A stretch of DNA of 63,184 bases, taken from an uncultured Actinomycetota bacterium (lineage in GTDB: Bacteria > Actinomycetota > Humimicrobiia > Humimicrobiales > Humimicrobiaceae). This document shows positions 35,854-45,426 of the stretch, piece by piece. A program made the position numbers and the translations under genes. Under the pieces are notes generated by a model. That model had not been told where the DNA came from. It saw only the letters and a list, made by a program, of their open reading frames with translations, and ran no database searches. Location: NCBI GenBank assembly GCA_964387355.1, contig CAYLWJ010000104.1, positions 1 through 63,184 of the forward strand, written 5' to 3'. Position 1 is the first letter of the stretch, and each line of letters opens with the position of its first letter.

Positions 35854-37305
35854 ATGTCTAGTTACAATATAAAAAAAATTGAGAAATATAAATGGGAGAT
35901 AGAGAAAAACGACAGCTTAGGTATGTTAGTGCCTGGTATAATATATGCAAATGAAGAAATACTTGAACATGCTAAAAATGAAAACACAATTCAACAGGTA
36001 ATCAATGTTGCAGGTTTACCTGGAATTGTGAAGGCTTCTTTTGCAATGCCTGATATTCATTTTGGATATGGCTTTCCAATTGGTGGTGTTGCTGCTATGG
36101 ATATTGAAGAGGGAGTTATATCACCAGGTGGAGTTGGCTTTGATATTTCTTGTGGAGTAAGATTATTAAAAACTAACTTAGAATTTTCTGATATAAAAAA
36201 TAAAGTTGAGGAAATTATTTATAAATTATTTTCAGCAATACCAAAAGGTGTAGGAAGCAAAGGTAAAATAAAGACTTCAAAAAATGAGATGGAAAAAATA
36301 TTTACCCAAGGTGTTAATTGGGCAATTCAAAAAGGTTTTGGTGATGAACAAGATAAGTATTTCATAGAAGAAGAGGGCTGTATGGATGGTGCAAATCCTG
36401 ATTATGTAAGCAAACAGGCATATGATAGGGGAAATGATCAAGTAGGTAGCCTTGGTTCAGGAAATCATTTTTTAGAGCTTCAAAGAGTTTCAGAAATTTA
36501 TGATTACAATGCAGCTAAAGTGATGGGTTTGTTTGAAAATCAAATTACTATAATGATACATTCTGGTTCAAGAGGACTTGGCCATCAAGTTTGCAGTGAC
36601 TATTTAAAAGTAATGCAAAAGTCAGATTATTCAAATAAACTTAAACTGCCTGATAGGCAGCTTGCTTGTGCGCCTATAAAATCAAACGAAGGAAAAAAAT
36701 ATTTTGCTGCAATGGTTTGTGCAGTTAATTACGCAATGGTAAACAGGCATTGTCTTGCTCACTGGGTTAGAGTTGTATTTGAGCAAATTTTCTCTAAGTC
36801 ATGGCAGAAAATCGGCATGTATTTACTCTATGATGTTTCACATAACATTGCAAAAATTGAAGAATATAAAATAAATGGTAAAAAAATTATTGTTTGTGTA
36901 CATAGAAAAGGTGCAACAAGAGCTTTTGGACCTGAAAATATTTATATTCCAGATGAATATAAGAAAATTGGTCAGCCTGTAATTATACCAGGGGATATGG
37001 GAAGGTATTCATATATTATGGTTGGAACTAAAAAGGCAGAAGAAGATTGTTTTGGTTCAACTTGTCATGGTGCAGGCAGATTAATGAGCAGAGCAAAGGC
37101 TAAAAAAGAAATAAATGGTTTGAAGTTAAAAAAAGATTTATTTGATAAAAGAGGAATAATTGTGTTAGCAGACAGTCCTGCCAGTATTTCTGAAGAAGCA
37201 CCAGATGCTTATAAAGATGTCAGTGTTGTTGTTGAAGTAGCACACAATGCAGGTATTTCAAAAAAGGTGGCAAAACTAGAACCCTTGGGTGTAATTAAAG
37301 GCTAA
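35854..37305 (+). CDS. rtcB: RNA 3'-phosphate ligase RtcB
   Basis: 'MPDIHFGYGFPIGGV', 'GGVGFDISCGVR', 'GSGNHF', 'HSGSRGLGHQV' and 'HGAGR' motifs. The ATG at 35854 has the SD ggagg 7 nt upstream; the tracker start at 35818 is less likely. Confidence 0.9.
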   Translation: MSSYNIKKIEKYKWEIEKNDSLGMLVPGIIYANEEILEHAKNENTIQQVINVAGLPGIVKASFAMPDIHFGYGFPIGGVAAMDIEEGVISPGGVGFDISCGVRLLKTNLEFSDIKNKVEEIIYKLFSAIPKGVGSKGKIKTSKNEMEKIFTQGVNWAIQKGFGDEQDKYFIEEEGCMDGANPDYVSKQAYDRGNDQVGSLGSGNHFLELQRVSEIYDYNAAKVMGLFENQITIMIHSGSRGLGHQVCSDYLKVMQKSDYSNKLKLPDRQLACAPIKSNEGKKYFAAMVCAVNYAMVNRHCLAHWVRVVFEQIFSKSWQKIGMYLLYDVSHNIAKIEEYKINGKKIIVCVHRKGATRAFGPENIYIPDEYKKIGQPVIIPGDMGRYSYIMVGTKKAEEDCFGSTCHGAGRLMSRAKAKKEINGLKLKKDLFDKRGIIVLADSPASISEEAPDAYKDVSVVVEVAHNAGISKKVAKLEPLGVIKG

Positions 37306-37459
37306 AACCCCTTTTGAAAACTAACAAAATTACCTATTTTGCCTGCTTATTTTTTTCAAAATATTATTGGTACATCTCTAATATCTCTAATTTTATTATA
37401 GAAGCTAAGCTTACCTTTAATTACTAATACACAAAGATAAAATGCCAAAGGGTATAATT

Positions 37460-37519
37460 GAAAGCATTTAAAATTTTGTGATAGTAACATTGTAAAAACT
37501 TAAGTGCAAGTGTGAGTTA
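37460..37519 (+). repeat. dispersed intergenic element, copy B (decayed)
   Basis: gaaagcatttaaaattttgTGATAGTAAcattgtaaaaaCTTAAGTGCAAGTGTGAGTTA. It shares tgtgatagtaa (11/11) with copy C and about 80% identity with copy A over the 3' 41 nt. Confidence 0.55.
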
Positions 37520-37819
37520 ATTTATTTTTAACATAAAAATTCTAAAGATATAAACTATATAGTTTATTGACTTATATTTTAAAAAAATTAAGTATAATTA
37601 TTAATATTTAATAAAACTTATAACAATAATTCATTTTTTTTAAATATTAATAAAAAAACTTTATATTTTTTAAAATTTAAGGTATTATTATTAAAGTTTT
37701 TAAAATATTTAATATTTTAAGGAATATTTTATAATATGTTATTAAAATTTTTAGTAAATCTTAAAAAAATAAAAATATTATAAAAATTTTCGGTTTTTAA
37801 AGATTTAAGGGGAGTGGAT

Positions 37820-39022
37820 ATGAGAGGAATTAACTTATTAACTGAGTTTTCATTAAAGGCTGGAGAAAAAATTGATCCAACAAAAATAAAAATTGATGAC
37901 ACTACATTAAGGGATGGTGAACAGACAGCTGGAGTGGTGTTTGCCAATGATGAGAAAATACATATAGCAAAAATGCTTGATAGGATTGGAGTACATCAAA
38001 TTGAAGCAGGTATTCCAACTATGGGTGGTGATGAAAAAGAAGCAATAAAAGCTATAACATCATTAAATTTAAACTGCAGTATTTTAGGATGGAATAGAGC
38101 TGTGGTATCTGATATTGATGACTCAATTGAATGTGGAGTTGATGCTGTTGCAATATCAATTTCTGCATCAGATATACATATTGAACAAAAATTAAGAAAG
38201 AGCAGAGAATGGGTTTTAGAAAGTATAAGGACAGCTGTTGATTATGCAAAAAAGTATAATTTATATGTTTCTGTAAATGCAGAGGATGCTTCAAGGGCAG
38301 ATATGGAATTTTTACTTCAGTTTGCACGAACTGCTAAAGATGTAGGGGCTGATAGATTAAGATACTGTGATACTCTTGGAATTTTAGATCCATTTGAAAC
38401 TTTTTTAAGAGTAAGAACAATAATTGAGATTGTTGGGATTGATATAGAAATGCATACCCATAATGATTTTGGAATGGCAATAGCAAATGCTATAGCAGGC
38501 ATAAAAGCAGGTGCAACTTATGTTAACACTACAATAAATGGTCTTGGAGAAAGAGCAGGAAATGCATCATTTGAAGAATTTGTAATGGCATTGAAATATT
38601 TAGAAGGAATAGATCTAGGAATTGACACAACGTTATTTAGGGAAATTTCAGAGTATGTAGCAGTTGCTTCTGGCAGATATATTCCTACATGGAAGCCAAT
38701 AGTTGGAGGCAACTTATTTGTGTATGAAAGTGAAATAAGAGCATCTTCAGTTTATAAAAACCCATTAACTTTTGAGCTTTTTGGGCCAGAAGATGTTGGA
38801 CTTGAACGGAAAATAATTATTGGTAAAAGCTCAGGTCCTAAGACTTTAATGATTAAATTAAAACAGCTAGGTTATGAAATTTCTGAAGAGCAAGCAGAGG
38901 AATTAATAGACGTGATAAGAGAAAAAGCTTTATCATTGAAGCGTGCACTTTTTGATAGTGAAATCATTGATACTTATAATATGTTTTTTAAAAAAGATAA
39001 AAGTAAAAATAATAACAAATAG
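37820..39022 (+). CDS. homocitrate synthase / citramalate synthase / Re-citrate synthase family enzyme (LeuA catalytic domain only), paralog 1
   Basis: 'DDTTLRDGEQTAGV', 'HTHNDFGMAIANAIAG' and 'TINGLGERAGNA' DRE-TIM metallolyase motifs. At ~400 aa it lacks the LeuA C-terminal regulatory domain. The ATG at 37820 follows the SD aaggggag. Confidence 0.8.
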   Translation: MRGINLLTEFSLKAGEKIDPTKIKIDDTTLRDGEQTAGVVFANDEKIHIAKMLDRIGVHQIEAGIPTMGGDEKEAIKAITSLNLNCSILGWNRAVVSDIDDSIECGVDAVAISISASDIHIEQKLRKSREWVLESIRTAVDYAKKYNLYVSVNAEDASRADMEFLLQFARTAKDVGADRLRYCDTLGILDPFETFLRVRTIIEIVGIDIEMHTHNDFGMAIANAIAGIKAGATYVNTTINGLGERAGNASFEEFVMALKYLEGIDLGIDTTLFREISEYVAVASGRYIPTWKPIVGGNLFVYESEIRASSVYKNPLTFELFGPEDVGLERKIIIGKSSGPKTLMIKLKQLGYEISEEQAEELIDVIREKALSLKRALFDSEIIDTYNMFFKKDKSKNNNK

Positions 39023-39064
39023 TAACACCAAAGCTAATGATTAAATAAAAAATTAGGAGGCTTT

Positions 39065-40228
39065 ATGGCTATAAAAACAGATGAAAAAAGAAATATTAAC
39101 ATAATAGACACTACTTTAAGAAATGGGGAGCAGGCTGCAGGTGTTGTTTTTTCAAAGCATGAAAAGATTCGCATTGCAAAAATGCTTGATGAAATTGGTG
39201 TGCCAGAAATAGAAATTGGAACACCTTCGTTAAGTTATCTTGAAAGAGAAATTATAAAAGAAATTGTAAAATCCAACCTTAAATGTAAGTTATTTACTTA
39301 TTGTGAAGCATTCCCAGAAAATATAGGATATGCAGTTGAATGTGGCATAAAAAATGTGGTCATAAATATTTCAATTTCAGATATACATATTAAAGAAAAG
39401 TACAATAAGACCAGAACCTGGGTAATGGGTCAGTTAAGAGATACAATAAGTGAAGCAAAAAGCAAAGGGTTAAATTTTATAGTTAGTGCTGAAGATGCAA
39501 CTAGAACTGATCTTGAGTTCATATTAAAAGTATTGCACCTTGCACAAAAGAAAGAAGCTTTTAGGTTTAGAATTTGCGATACAGTATCTAAACTTGATCC
39601 CTTTAGAACTTTTTTACTAATAAACACTATTTTAAGCACAACAGAATTTCCAATTGAGGTTTATAATCATAATGATTTTGGAATGGCTACAGCTAACGCA
39701 ATGGCTGCAATAAGAGCAGGTGCTGTAAGCCTTGTAACAAGTGTTAATGCTATAGGCGAAGGCACTGGAAATGCTGCACTTGAAGAAATAGTAATGGCTC
39801 TAAAATACTTAGAAAATATAGATTTGGGTATAGATACCTCAAAATTTAGGGAGCTTTCAGAGTATGTGTCAAAAGCTTCTGCAAGAGCAATTCCTGTTTG
39901 GAAGGCAATTGTTGGGACAAATGTATTTGCTCATGAATCTGGCATTCATGCAGATGGAGTACTGAAAAATCCAAAAAATTATGAAGTTTTTGACCCTGGT
40001 GAAGTTGGTCTTACAAGACAGATTGTTGTTGGTAAACATTCTGGTTCTCATACAATTTTACATAAATTTAAAGAGTTTGGAATTGATTTAACAATTGGTG
40101 AAGCAAATGATTTACTTGCAATGGCACGGGCAATGGCAGTTGATTTAAAACGGCCTTTATTTGAAAAGGAATTAATGTATATTTATAAGGAATACAATGA
40201 AAAGAAAAAGATAGATGATTTAGAATAA
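39065..40228 (+). CDS. homocitrate synthase / citramalate synthase / Re-citrate synthase family enzyme, paralog 2
   Basis: 'DTTLRNGEQAAGV', 'HNDFGMATANAMAA', 'GEGTGNAALEE' and 'HESGIHADG'. 387 aa; the SD is aggagg. Confidence 0.8.
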   Translation: MAIKTDEKRNINIIDTTLRNGEQAAGVVFSKHEKIRIAKMLDEIGVPEIEIGTPSLSYLEREIIKEIVKSNLKCKLFTYCEAFPENIGYAVECGIKNVVINISISDIHIKEKYNKTRTWVMGQLRDTISEAKSKGLNFIVSAEDATRTDLEFILKVLHLAQKKEAFRFRICDTVSKLDPFRTFLLINTILSTTEFPIEVYNHNDFGMATANAMAAIRAGAVSLVTSVNAIGEGTGNAALEEIVMALKYLENIDLGIDTSKFRELSEYVSKASARAIPVWKAIVGTNVFAHESGIHADGVLKNPKNYEVFDPGEVGLTRQIVVGKHSGSHTILHKFKEFGIDLTIGEANDLLAMARAMAVDLKRPLFEKELMYIYKEYNEKKKIDDLE

Positions 40229-40274
40229 AATTACAAACTAAATGCTATAAAATATTTTTTAGGAAGGAGCTGTT

Positions 40275-41540
40275 TTGTCCAAAGATTCAAAAACAATTGC
40301 AGAAAAAATATTAAGTGAGCATGCTGGTAGAGACCTTAAAGCAGGTGACATAGCTGTTGTTGATGTTGATTTGGTTATGGCTCAGGATGGTACTGGGCCA
40401 TTAACAATTACTCAAATAAAGAAGATGGGTTTTAATAAAATAGCCAAACCTCAAAGTTCAATCTTTTTTATTGACCATGCAGCACCAAGCCCTAGAAAAG
40501 AACTTTCTGATTCTCATAAGCTTATTAGAGAATTTGCAAGAGAAACGGGCGCAATATTAAGCGATATTAATAACGGTGTATGTCATCAAATTTTAGCTGA
40601 AAAATATGTCTGTCCTGGTAATGTATTAATTGGTGCAGATTCACATACATGTACAGCAGGTGCGTTGTGTGCCTTTGCAACAGGAATGGGCTCAACTGAT
40701 ATTGCAGTTGGATTTGCTCTAGCAAAAACATGGATGATGGTTCCTCACAGCATTAAAGTAAATCTTTTTGGCAGAATTCAAAAAGGAGTTTTTGCAAAAG
40801 ATATAATTATTTATCTTATAGGAAAAATTACCGCAGAGGGTGCAACATATAAGGCTTTAGAATTCTGTGGTGAAACACTAGATTTTTTAGAAATGGAGGA
40901 TAGATTTACAATTTCTAATATGGCAGTTGAGGCAGGTGCAAAAACAGGATTATTTCCATCTGATGAAAAAACTAAACAATACCTTGAAAGTCAAGGCAGG
41001 GTCAACTGTTTTAAAGAAATATTTCCTGACCAAGGGGCTTTTTATGAGCAGTCAATAGAAATAGACTGTAGCAAAGTTGAACCAATGGTCTCTCAGCCAC
41101 ATACCGTTGATAATGTTATTACTGTTTCTAAAATTGATAAAGTTAAAATTGACCAAGTATTAATTGGTACTTGTACAAATGGTAGGATTAGTGATTTAAG
41201 AATAGCTGCAGGTATTTTAAAGAATAAAAAAATTTCAAAAAATGTCAGACTTTTAATTGTTCCTGCATCTAAAGATGTTTATATTCAAGCAGTTAAAGAG
41301 GGTATTATCGAGGATTTAATAAATAGCGGTGCGGCTGTTTTAAACCCTGGCTGCGGACCATGTGTAGGTGTTCATCAAGGAGCACTTGCTGATGGTGAAG
41401 TGTGCCTTTCAACACAAAACAGAAATTTTAAGGGCAGAATGGGCAATCCAAATGCTTTTATTTATCTTTCATCACCAGCAACAGCAGCAGCAAGTGCTTT
41501 AACTGGTTATATTACTGATCCTAGGGAGGTATTAAAATAA
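40275..41540 (+). CDS. 3-isopropylmalate / homoaconitate-type hydro-lyase, large subunit (aconitase superfamily)
   Basis: 'GADSHTCTAGA', 'GTCTNGR' and 'PGCGPCVG' Fe-S ligand motifs, with the 421-aa archaeal-type LeuC/HacA size. TTG start with the SD ggaaggag. Confidence 0.85.
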   Translation: MSKDSKTIAEKILSEHAGRDLKAGDIAVVDVDLVMAQDGTGPLTITQIKKMGFNKIAKPQSSIFFIDHAAPSPRKELSDSHKLIREFARETGAILSDINNGVCHQILAEKYVCPGNVLIGADSHTCTAGALCAFATGMGSTDIAVGFALAKTWMMVPHSIKVNLFGRIQKGVFAKDIIIYLIGKITAEGATYKALEFCGETLDFLEMEDRFTISNMAVEAGAKTGLFPSDEKTKQYLESQGRVNCFKEIFPDQGAFYEQSIEIDCSKVEPMVSQPHTVDNVITVSKIDKVKIDQVLIGTCTNGRISDLRIAAGILKNKKISKNVRLLIVPASKDVYIQAVKEGIIEDLINSGAAVLNPGCGPCVGVHQGALADGEVCLSTQNRNFKGRMGNPNAFIYLSSPATAAASALTGYITDPREVLK

Positions 41541-42188
41541 ATGGATAAGATAAATAATAAAATAAATAATATTGTTAATATTAATAGGAATGAAAATAGG
41601 GATAACAATAGCAACAATATTAGCAATAAAATTAGCAATAAAATTAGTAATAATGACAGTATTAATGACAGTTTTAATAATAGTAGCAATGGAATATTAA
41701 AAGGGAGAGCTTTTAAATTTGGAGATGATATATCAACTGATTTAATTGCTCCTGGTAGGTATTTTCACCTTCGGTCAAACTTAACTGAACTTGCAAAGCA
41801 TGTTTTAGAAGATGCAGACCCTCAATTTATAAATAAAGTAAGGCCGGGTGATTTTATTGTTGCAGGCAGAAATTTTGGGCTTGGTTCTTCAAGGGAACAT
41901 GCGCCAACTATAATAAAAATTGCAGGTGTTGGTGCTGTTCTTGCTAAATCATTTGCAAGAATTTTTTTTAGAAACAGCATAAATATTGGTCTTGTGTGTC
42001 TTGTGTGTGATACTGATGAAATTGATGATGGTGATGAACTTGAAATAGATTTAAGGCAAGGAACAATTAATAATTTGACAAAAGATAAAAAGATTAAATT
42101 TAATCCATTGCCAGAGGTTATGATTAAGATTTTAAATGATGGCGGTTTAGTAAATCATATTACTAAAAATCAAGGATTTAATTTGTAA
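41541..42188 (+). CDS. LeuD/HacB-type hydro-lyase small subunit with a ~50-aa Asn-rich N-terminal extension
   Basis: 'GRAFKFGDDISTDLIAPGRY...AGRNFGLGSSREHAP...AKSFARIFFRN' swivel-domain motifs. The N-terminus 'NNKINNIVNINRNENRDNNSNNISNKISNKISNN' is encoded by 12-nt repeats. Confidence 0.85.
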   Translation: MDKINNKINNIVNINRNENRDNNSNNISNKISNKISNNDSINDSFNNSSNGILKGRAFKFGDDISTDLIAPGRYFHLRSNLTELAKHVLEDADPQFINKVRPGDFIVAGRNFGLGSSREHAPTIIKIAGVGAVLAKSFARIFFRNSINIGLVCLVCDTDEIDDGDELEIDLRQGTINNLTKDKKIKFNPLPEVMIKILNDGGLVNHITKNQGFNL

Positions 42189-42368
42189 CAACATTGTAAT
42201 AACAAATAATGTTGTAGTTTAATTGTTAATAGTACAGTAAATAATTTGTAAATAATTAAAATAAAATTTAATTTAAAACTCATAACAATAAAGCAATCAT
42301 TTTTATAGGAATGTTTTTTTATTGTTTATTTTTTAAATTCTTAGTTTATTACATGAAAGGGCTTTAAA

Positions 42369-43487
42369 ATGCAGAAAAAACATATAGTAACTTTAATCCC
42401 AGGAGATGGAACAGGTCCTGAGATAACAGAAGCAACTAAAAGAGTTGTAGAAGCCACTGGAGTAAATATTGAGTGGGAAATAGTAAATGCTGGTGCTGAT
42501 GTTTATGAAAAGGAAGGGACTGTTTTACCTGATGATGTACTTGCTTCATTAAAAAAAAATAAAGTAGGGCTTAAAGGTCCAATTACAACTCCAGTTGGTA
42601 CAGGTTTTAGGAGTGTAAATGTTGCAATGAGAAAAATTTTTGACCTTTATGCTTGTATAAGACCTTGTAAAAGCTATAAGGGAGTAAAAAGTACATTTGA
42701 AGATATAGATTTGGTTATTATTAGAGAAAATACAGAAGATTTATATGCAGGTATTGAATTTGAGCAAGGTAGTGCAGATGCCAAAAAACTAATTGATTAT
42801 ATTGAAAAACTAAGTAACTTAAAAATAAGAAAAGATAGCGGAATTTCAATAAAGCCAATATCAGTTTTTTGTTCTGAGAGGATAATAAAATTTGCTTTTG
42901 AATTTGCAAAGAAAAACGGCAGAAAAAAAGTAACTGGTGTTCATAAGGCAAATATAATGAAGTTTACTGATGGTTTATTTTTAGAAATTTTTAAAAAAAT
43001 AGCAAGTCAGTATCCAGATATTGAATCAGAGGATAGAATTGTTGACAATATGTGTATGCAATTAGTCCAAAAGCCTCAACTTTATGACGTACTTGTGCTT
43101 CCTAACTTATATGGTGATATTTTATCTGATCTTGCTGCAGGTTTAGTTGGTGGCCTTGGAGTTGCACCTGGAGCAAATATTGGAGATGATATTGCTTTGT
43201 TTGAGCCCACGCATGGAAGTGCACCTAAATACAAAGGGCTAAATAAAGTAAATCCAACAGCACAGATGCTTTCAGCAGTTATGATGCTGCGCTATTTAGG
43301 CGAAAATAAGTGTGCTGATATTTTAGAAAATGCAATAGCTCAAGTTATTGCAGAAGGTAAATTTGTTACATATGATTTAAAGCCTGATCCTAGTGATAAA
43401 AGCGCAGTTGGGACAAGTCAAATGGCTGACGCCATAATTGAAAAAATAAAAATATTAAAAAATGAAAATAATATTATAGTAAGGTAA
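42369..43487 (+). CDS. icd: isocitrate-dehydrogenase-like beta-decarboxylating dehydrogenase
   Basis: '[10 protein letters not shown]', and '[27 protein letters not shown]', which is close to E. coli Icd '[23 protein letters not shown]' including its Ser-x-Asn. 'NLYGDILSD' is also present. Homoisocitrate specificity cannot be excluded. Confidence 0.7.
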   Translation: MQKKHIVTLIPGDGTGPEITEATKRVVEATGVNIEWEIVNAGADVYEKEGTVLPDDVLASLKKNKVGLKGPITTPVGTGFRSVNVAMRKIFDLYACIRPCKSYKGVKSTFEDIDLVIIRENTEDLYAGIEFEQGSADAKKLIDYIEKLSNLKIRKDSGISIKPISVFCSERIIKFAFEFAKKNGRKKVTGVHKANIMKFTDGLFLEIFKKIASQYPDIESEDRIVDNMCMQLVQKPQLYDVLVLPNLYGDILSDLAAGLVGGLGVAPGANIGDDIALFEPTHGSAPKYKGLNKVNPTAQMLSAVMMLRYLGENKCADILENAIAQVIAEGKFVTYDLKPDPSDKSAVGTSQMADAIIEKIKILKNENNIIVR

Positions 43488-43519
43488 TATTATAGTAAGG
43501 TAATATTTTTAGATTTTTA

Positions 43520-43600
43520 GGAAGCACCTAAAGCCCTGTGATAGTAATAATATTAGTAATATAACACTTTAATATTACTTTAAGGGCAGGTATGGGTTTA
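43520..43600 (+). repeat. dispersed intergenic element, copy C (best preserved, contains an internal 8-bp hairpin)
   Basis: ggaagcacctaaagccctgTGATAGTAAtaatatt[agtaatat-aacacttta-atattact]TTAAGGGCAGGTATGGGTTTA. It is flanked by the perfect 12-nt direct repeat atatttttagat at 43503-43514 and 43602-43613. Confidence 0.6.
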
Positions 43601-43659
43601 TATATTTTTAGATGCTAACTATTTTTAAAGTTTTATTTTAATATATTTTACTTTAATAT

Positions 43660-44298
43660 TTACTTTAATATACTGTTATAAAATGCTTCTAATATAAGAT
43701 AGCTAGATGCTGCGCCAACATCAATATGACCCTTGCTTCTTTCTAAGAGCCTTGAAGACCTTCCAACTTTACTGATAATATCTTTTGTTGAGAGCATTCC
43801 TGTTTTAGCAGAATCTAATGCTTTCTTAAATGTTGTTACTAAGTCATTATTTGCAACTTCGAGCTTATATGTATTAACAAAAGGTTCTAGCGTGTCAACC
43901 ATGGTTTTATCACCAACTTTAGCACCACCTAATGATTTAATAGATTCAAGCATGTTTGAAAATAAGGTTAAGATATCATCTTTATTGATGCTAGTTTTAT
44001 TTTTTAAAGCCATGCCTGCCTTTACCATGCCTCCGCCATATAAGGGACCCATTGCGCCGCCAATTTCATTTAATAATACTTTTCCAGCCATTATTAACAT
44101 TTCACCAATATCATTTATTTGATTATTTTCTTTTTCAAGTAAAAGTGCTTTTATTTTTTTAAAACCTTTATTCATGTTTACACCATGGTCGCCATCTCCA
44201 ATTTCTGCATCGAGTTCGGTTAAATAATCAACATTTTTTTCAATTGTATCTGCAATGTTAATTAAAATATCTTTAAATTTTAACGCATCAATTTCCAT
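43660..44298 (-). CDS. dhaL: dihydroxyacetone kinase, ADP-binding subunit DhaL
   Basis: 'LTELDAEIGDGDHGVNM' and 'GGAMGPLYG' motifs; 212 aa. Confidence 0.85.
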   Translation of the reverse strand: MEIDALKFKDILINIADTIEKNVDYLTELDAEIGDGDHGVNMNKGFKKIKALLLEKENNQINDIGEMLIMAGKVLLNEIGGAMGPLYGGGMVKAGMALKNKTSINKDDILTLFSNMLESIKSLGGAKVGDKTMVDTLEPFVNTYKLEVANNDLVTTFKKALDSAKTGMLSTKDIISKVGRSSRLLERSKGHIDVGAASSYLILEAFYNSILK

Positions 44299-44322
44299 TT
44301 AAACTCCTTTTGTTTTGTTGTA

Positions 44323-45336
44323 CTATTTTTTATTTAAATCGAACTGTTTAAACATTGGACTGTCGGCTTTTGCAAGTAGAAGTCTTGCAATATCATCATC
44401 AACTTTAGTAAGAGTAATTGAAAAACCAGCCATCTCTAAAGAAGTAAAAAATTCACCAACATAAGTAATTAATTTTTTTATTTTATATTTTTCTAGTATT
44501 TGTGAGACTTTTCTGTTAATAATAAATAGTTCTTGAAAAGGTGTAGCACCAAGCCCATTTATTAAAACGCTTACTGTATCACCATTTTTAAAAGGTAAGT
44601 CCTCTAATATTGCATCCATAAGCATCTCAGTGGTTTGATCAGCGCTTTTCATTTTTTCTTTTTTAATTCCTGGCTCTCCATGATGCCCTATACCAATTTC
44701 CATTTCGTCTTCTCCAAGCTTAAAACTAGGTTTTCCAGTGGCAGGAATTATACAAGGGTAAGTTCCAACACCAAAAGACCTAGTATTATTTATGGCTCTT
44801 TGTGCAACTTCTTTAACTTCTTTTAAGCTCATTCCTTCTTCAGCTGCGGCTCCGCCAACTTTCCACATAATTACTTCTCCTGCAATTGCTCTTCTGTTTT
44901 GCATATTTTCTTTTGGTGCAGATGCAATATCATCTTTTGCAATTACTTCATCTACTTCAATTCCATCAGCTTGTGCCAATGTTTGAGCCATTCTAAAATT
45001 CATTATATCACCTGAAAAATTTCCATATAAACATATAACACCGCGACCCATATTAATTTTCTTTATCCCTTTATAAATCCAATCTGCAGGAGGTGCTGCA
45101 AAAATCTCACCTATTGCTGCAGCATCACACAGACCTTCTCCAACATAGCCGAGGAAAGCAGGCTTATGTCCTGAACCGCCACCTGTTATTATGCCAACTT
45201 TTGCAAAATCTGGCGGGTTTTTTCTAACAAGTACTCTAGCATCAGGTAAAACTTCTACTACATCCGGGTATGCAGCAACGTAGCCTTCTAGCGCTTCATC
45301 CACAACTTTATCAGGGTCATTAATAAATTTTTTCAT
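44323..45336 (-). CDS. dhaK: dihydroxyacetone kinase, dihydroxyacetone-binding subunit DhaK
   Basis: 'KKFINDPDKVVDEALEG', 'GGGSGHKPAF' and 'GIGHHGEPG' motifs; 337 aa. Confidence 0.85.
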   Translation of the reverse strand: MKKFINDPDKVVDEALEGYVAAYPDVVEVLPDARVLVRKNPPDFAKVGIITGGGSGHKPAFLGYVGEGLCDAAAIGEIFAAPPADWIYKGIKKINMGRGVICLYGNFSGDIMNFRMAQTLAQADGIEVDEVIAKDDIASAPKENMQNRRAIAGEVIMWKVGGAAAEEGMSLKEVKEVAQRAINNTRSFGVGTYPCIIPATGKPSFKLGEDEMEIGIGHHGEPGIKKEKMKSADQTTEMLMDAILEDLPFKNGDTVSVLINGLGATPFQELFIINRKVSQILEKYKIKKLITYVGEFFTSLEMAGFSITLTKVDDDIARLLLAKADSPMFKQFDLNKK

Positions 45337-45426
45337 AGTTAACTCCTTTGTTACCTTATTTGGCAGTTTATTTTATTAATAAAATATTTATAAATATTTT
45401 GATTATTGCTATTTTATTGCTGTTTA

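Noticed and set aside
37567-37598. TTGACT ... TATAAT promoter-like pair upstream of the synthase cluster
   Set aside because: The spacer is 20 nt, outside the functional 16-18 nt range, and hexamer matches are frequent by chance in this composition.
42188-42215. Hairpin acaacatt-N12-aatgttgt overlapping the leuD/hacB stop, considered as a terminator/attenuator before icd
   Set aside because: The stem is AT-rich with a large loop and no downstream T-run. There is not enough support to call a terminator.
43539-43547. TGATAGTAA triple-stop block in the dispersed element, considered as a signature of synthetic/vector DNA
   Set aside because: The three copies have diverged by ordinary transitions, sit in native intergenic contexts, and no other vector-like sequence is present. 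Natural repeat-family origin is more parsimonious.
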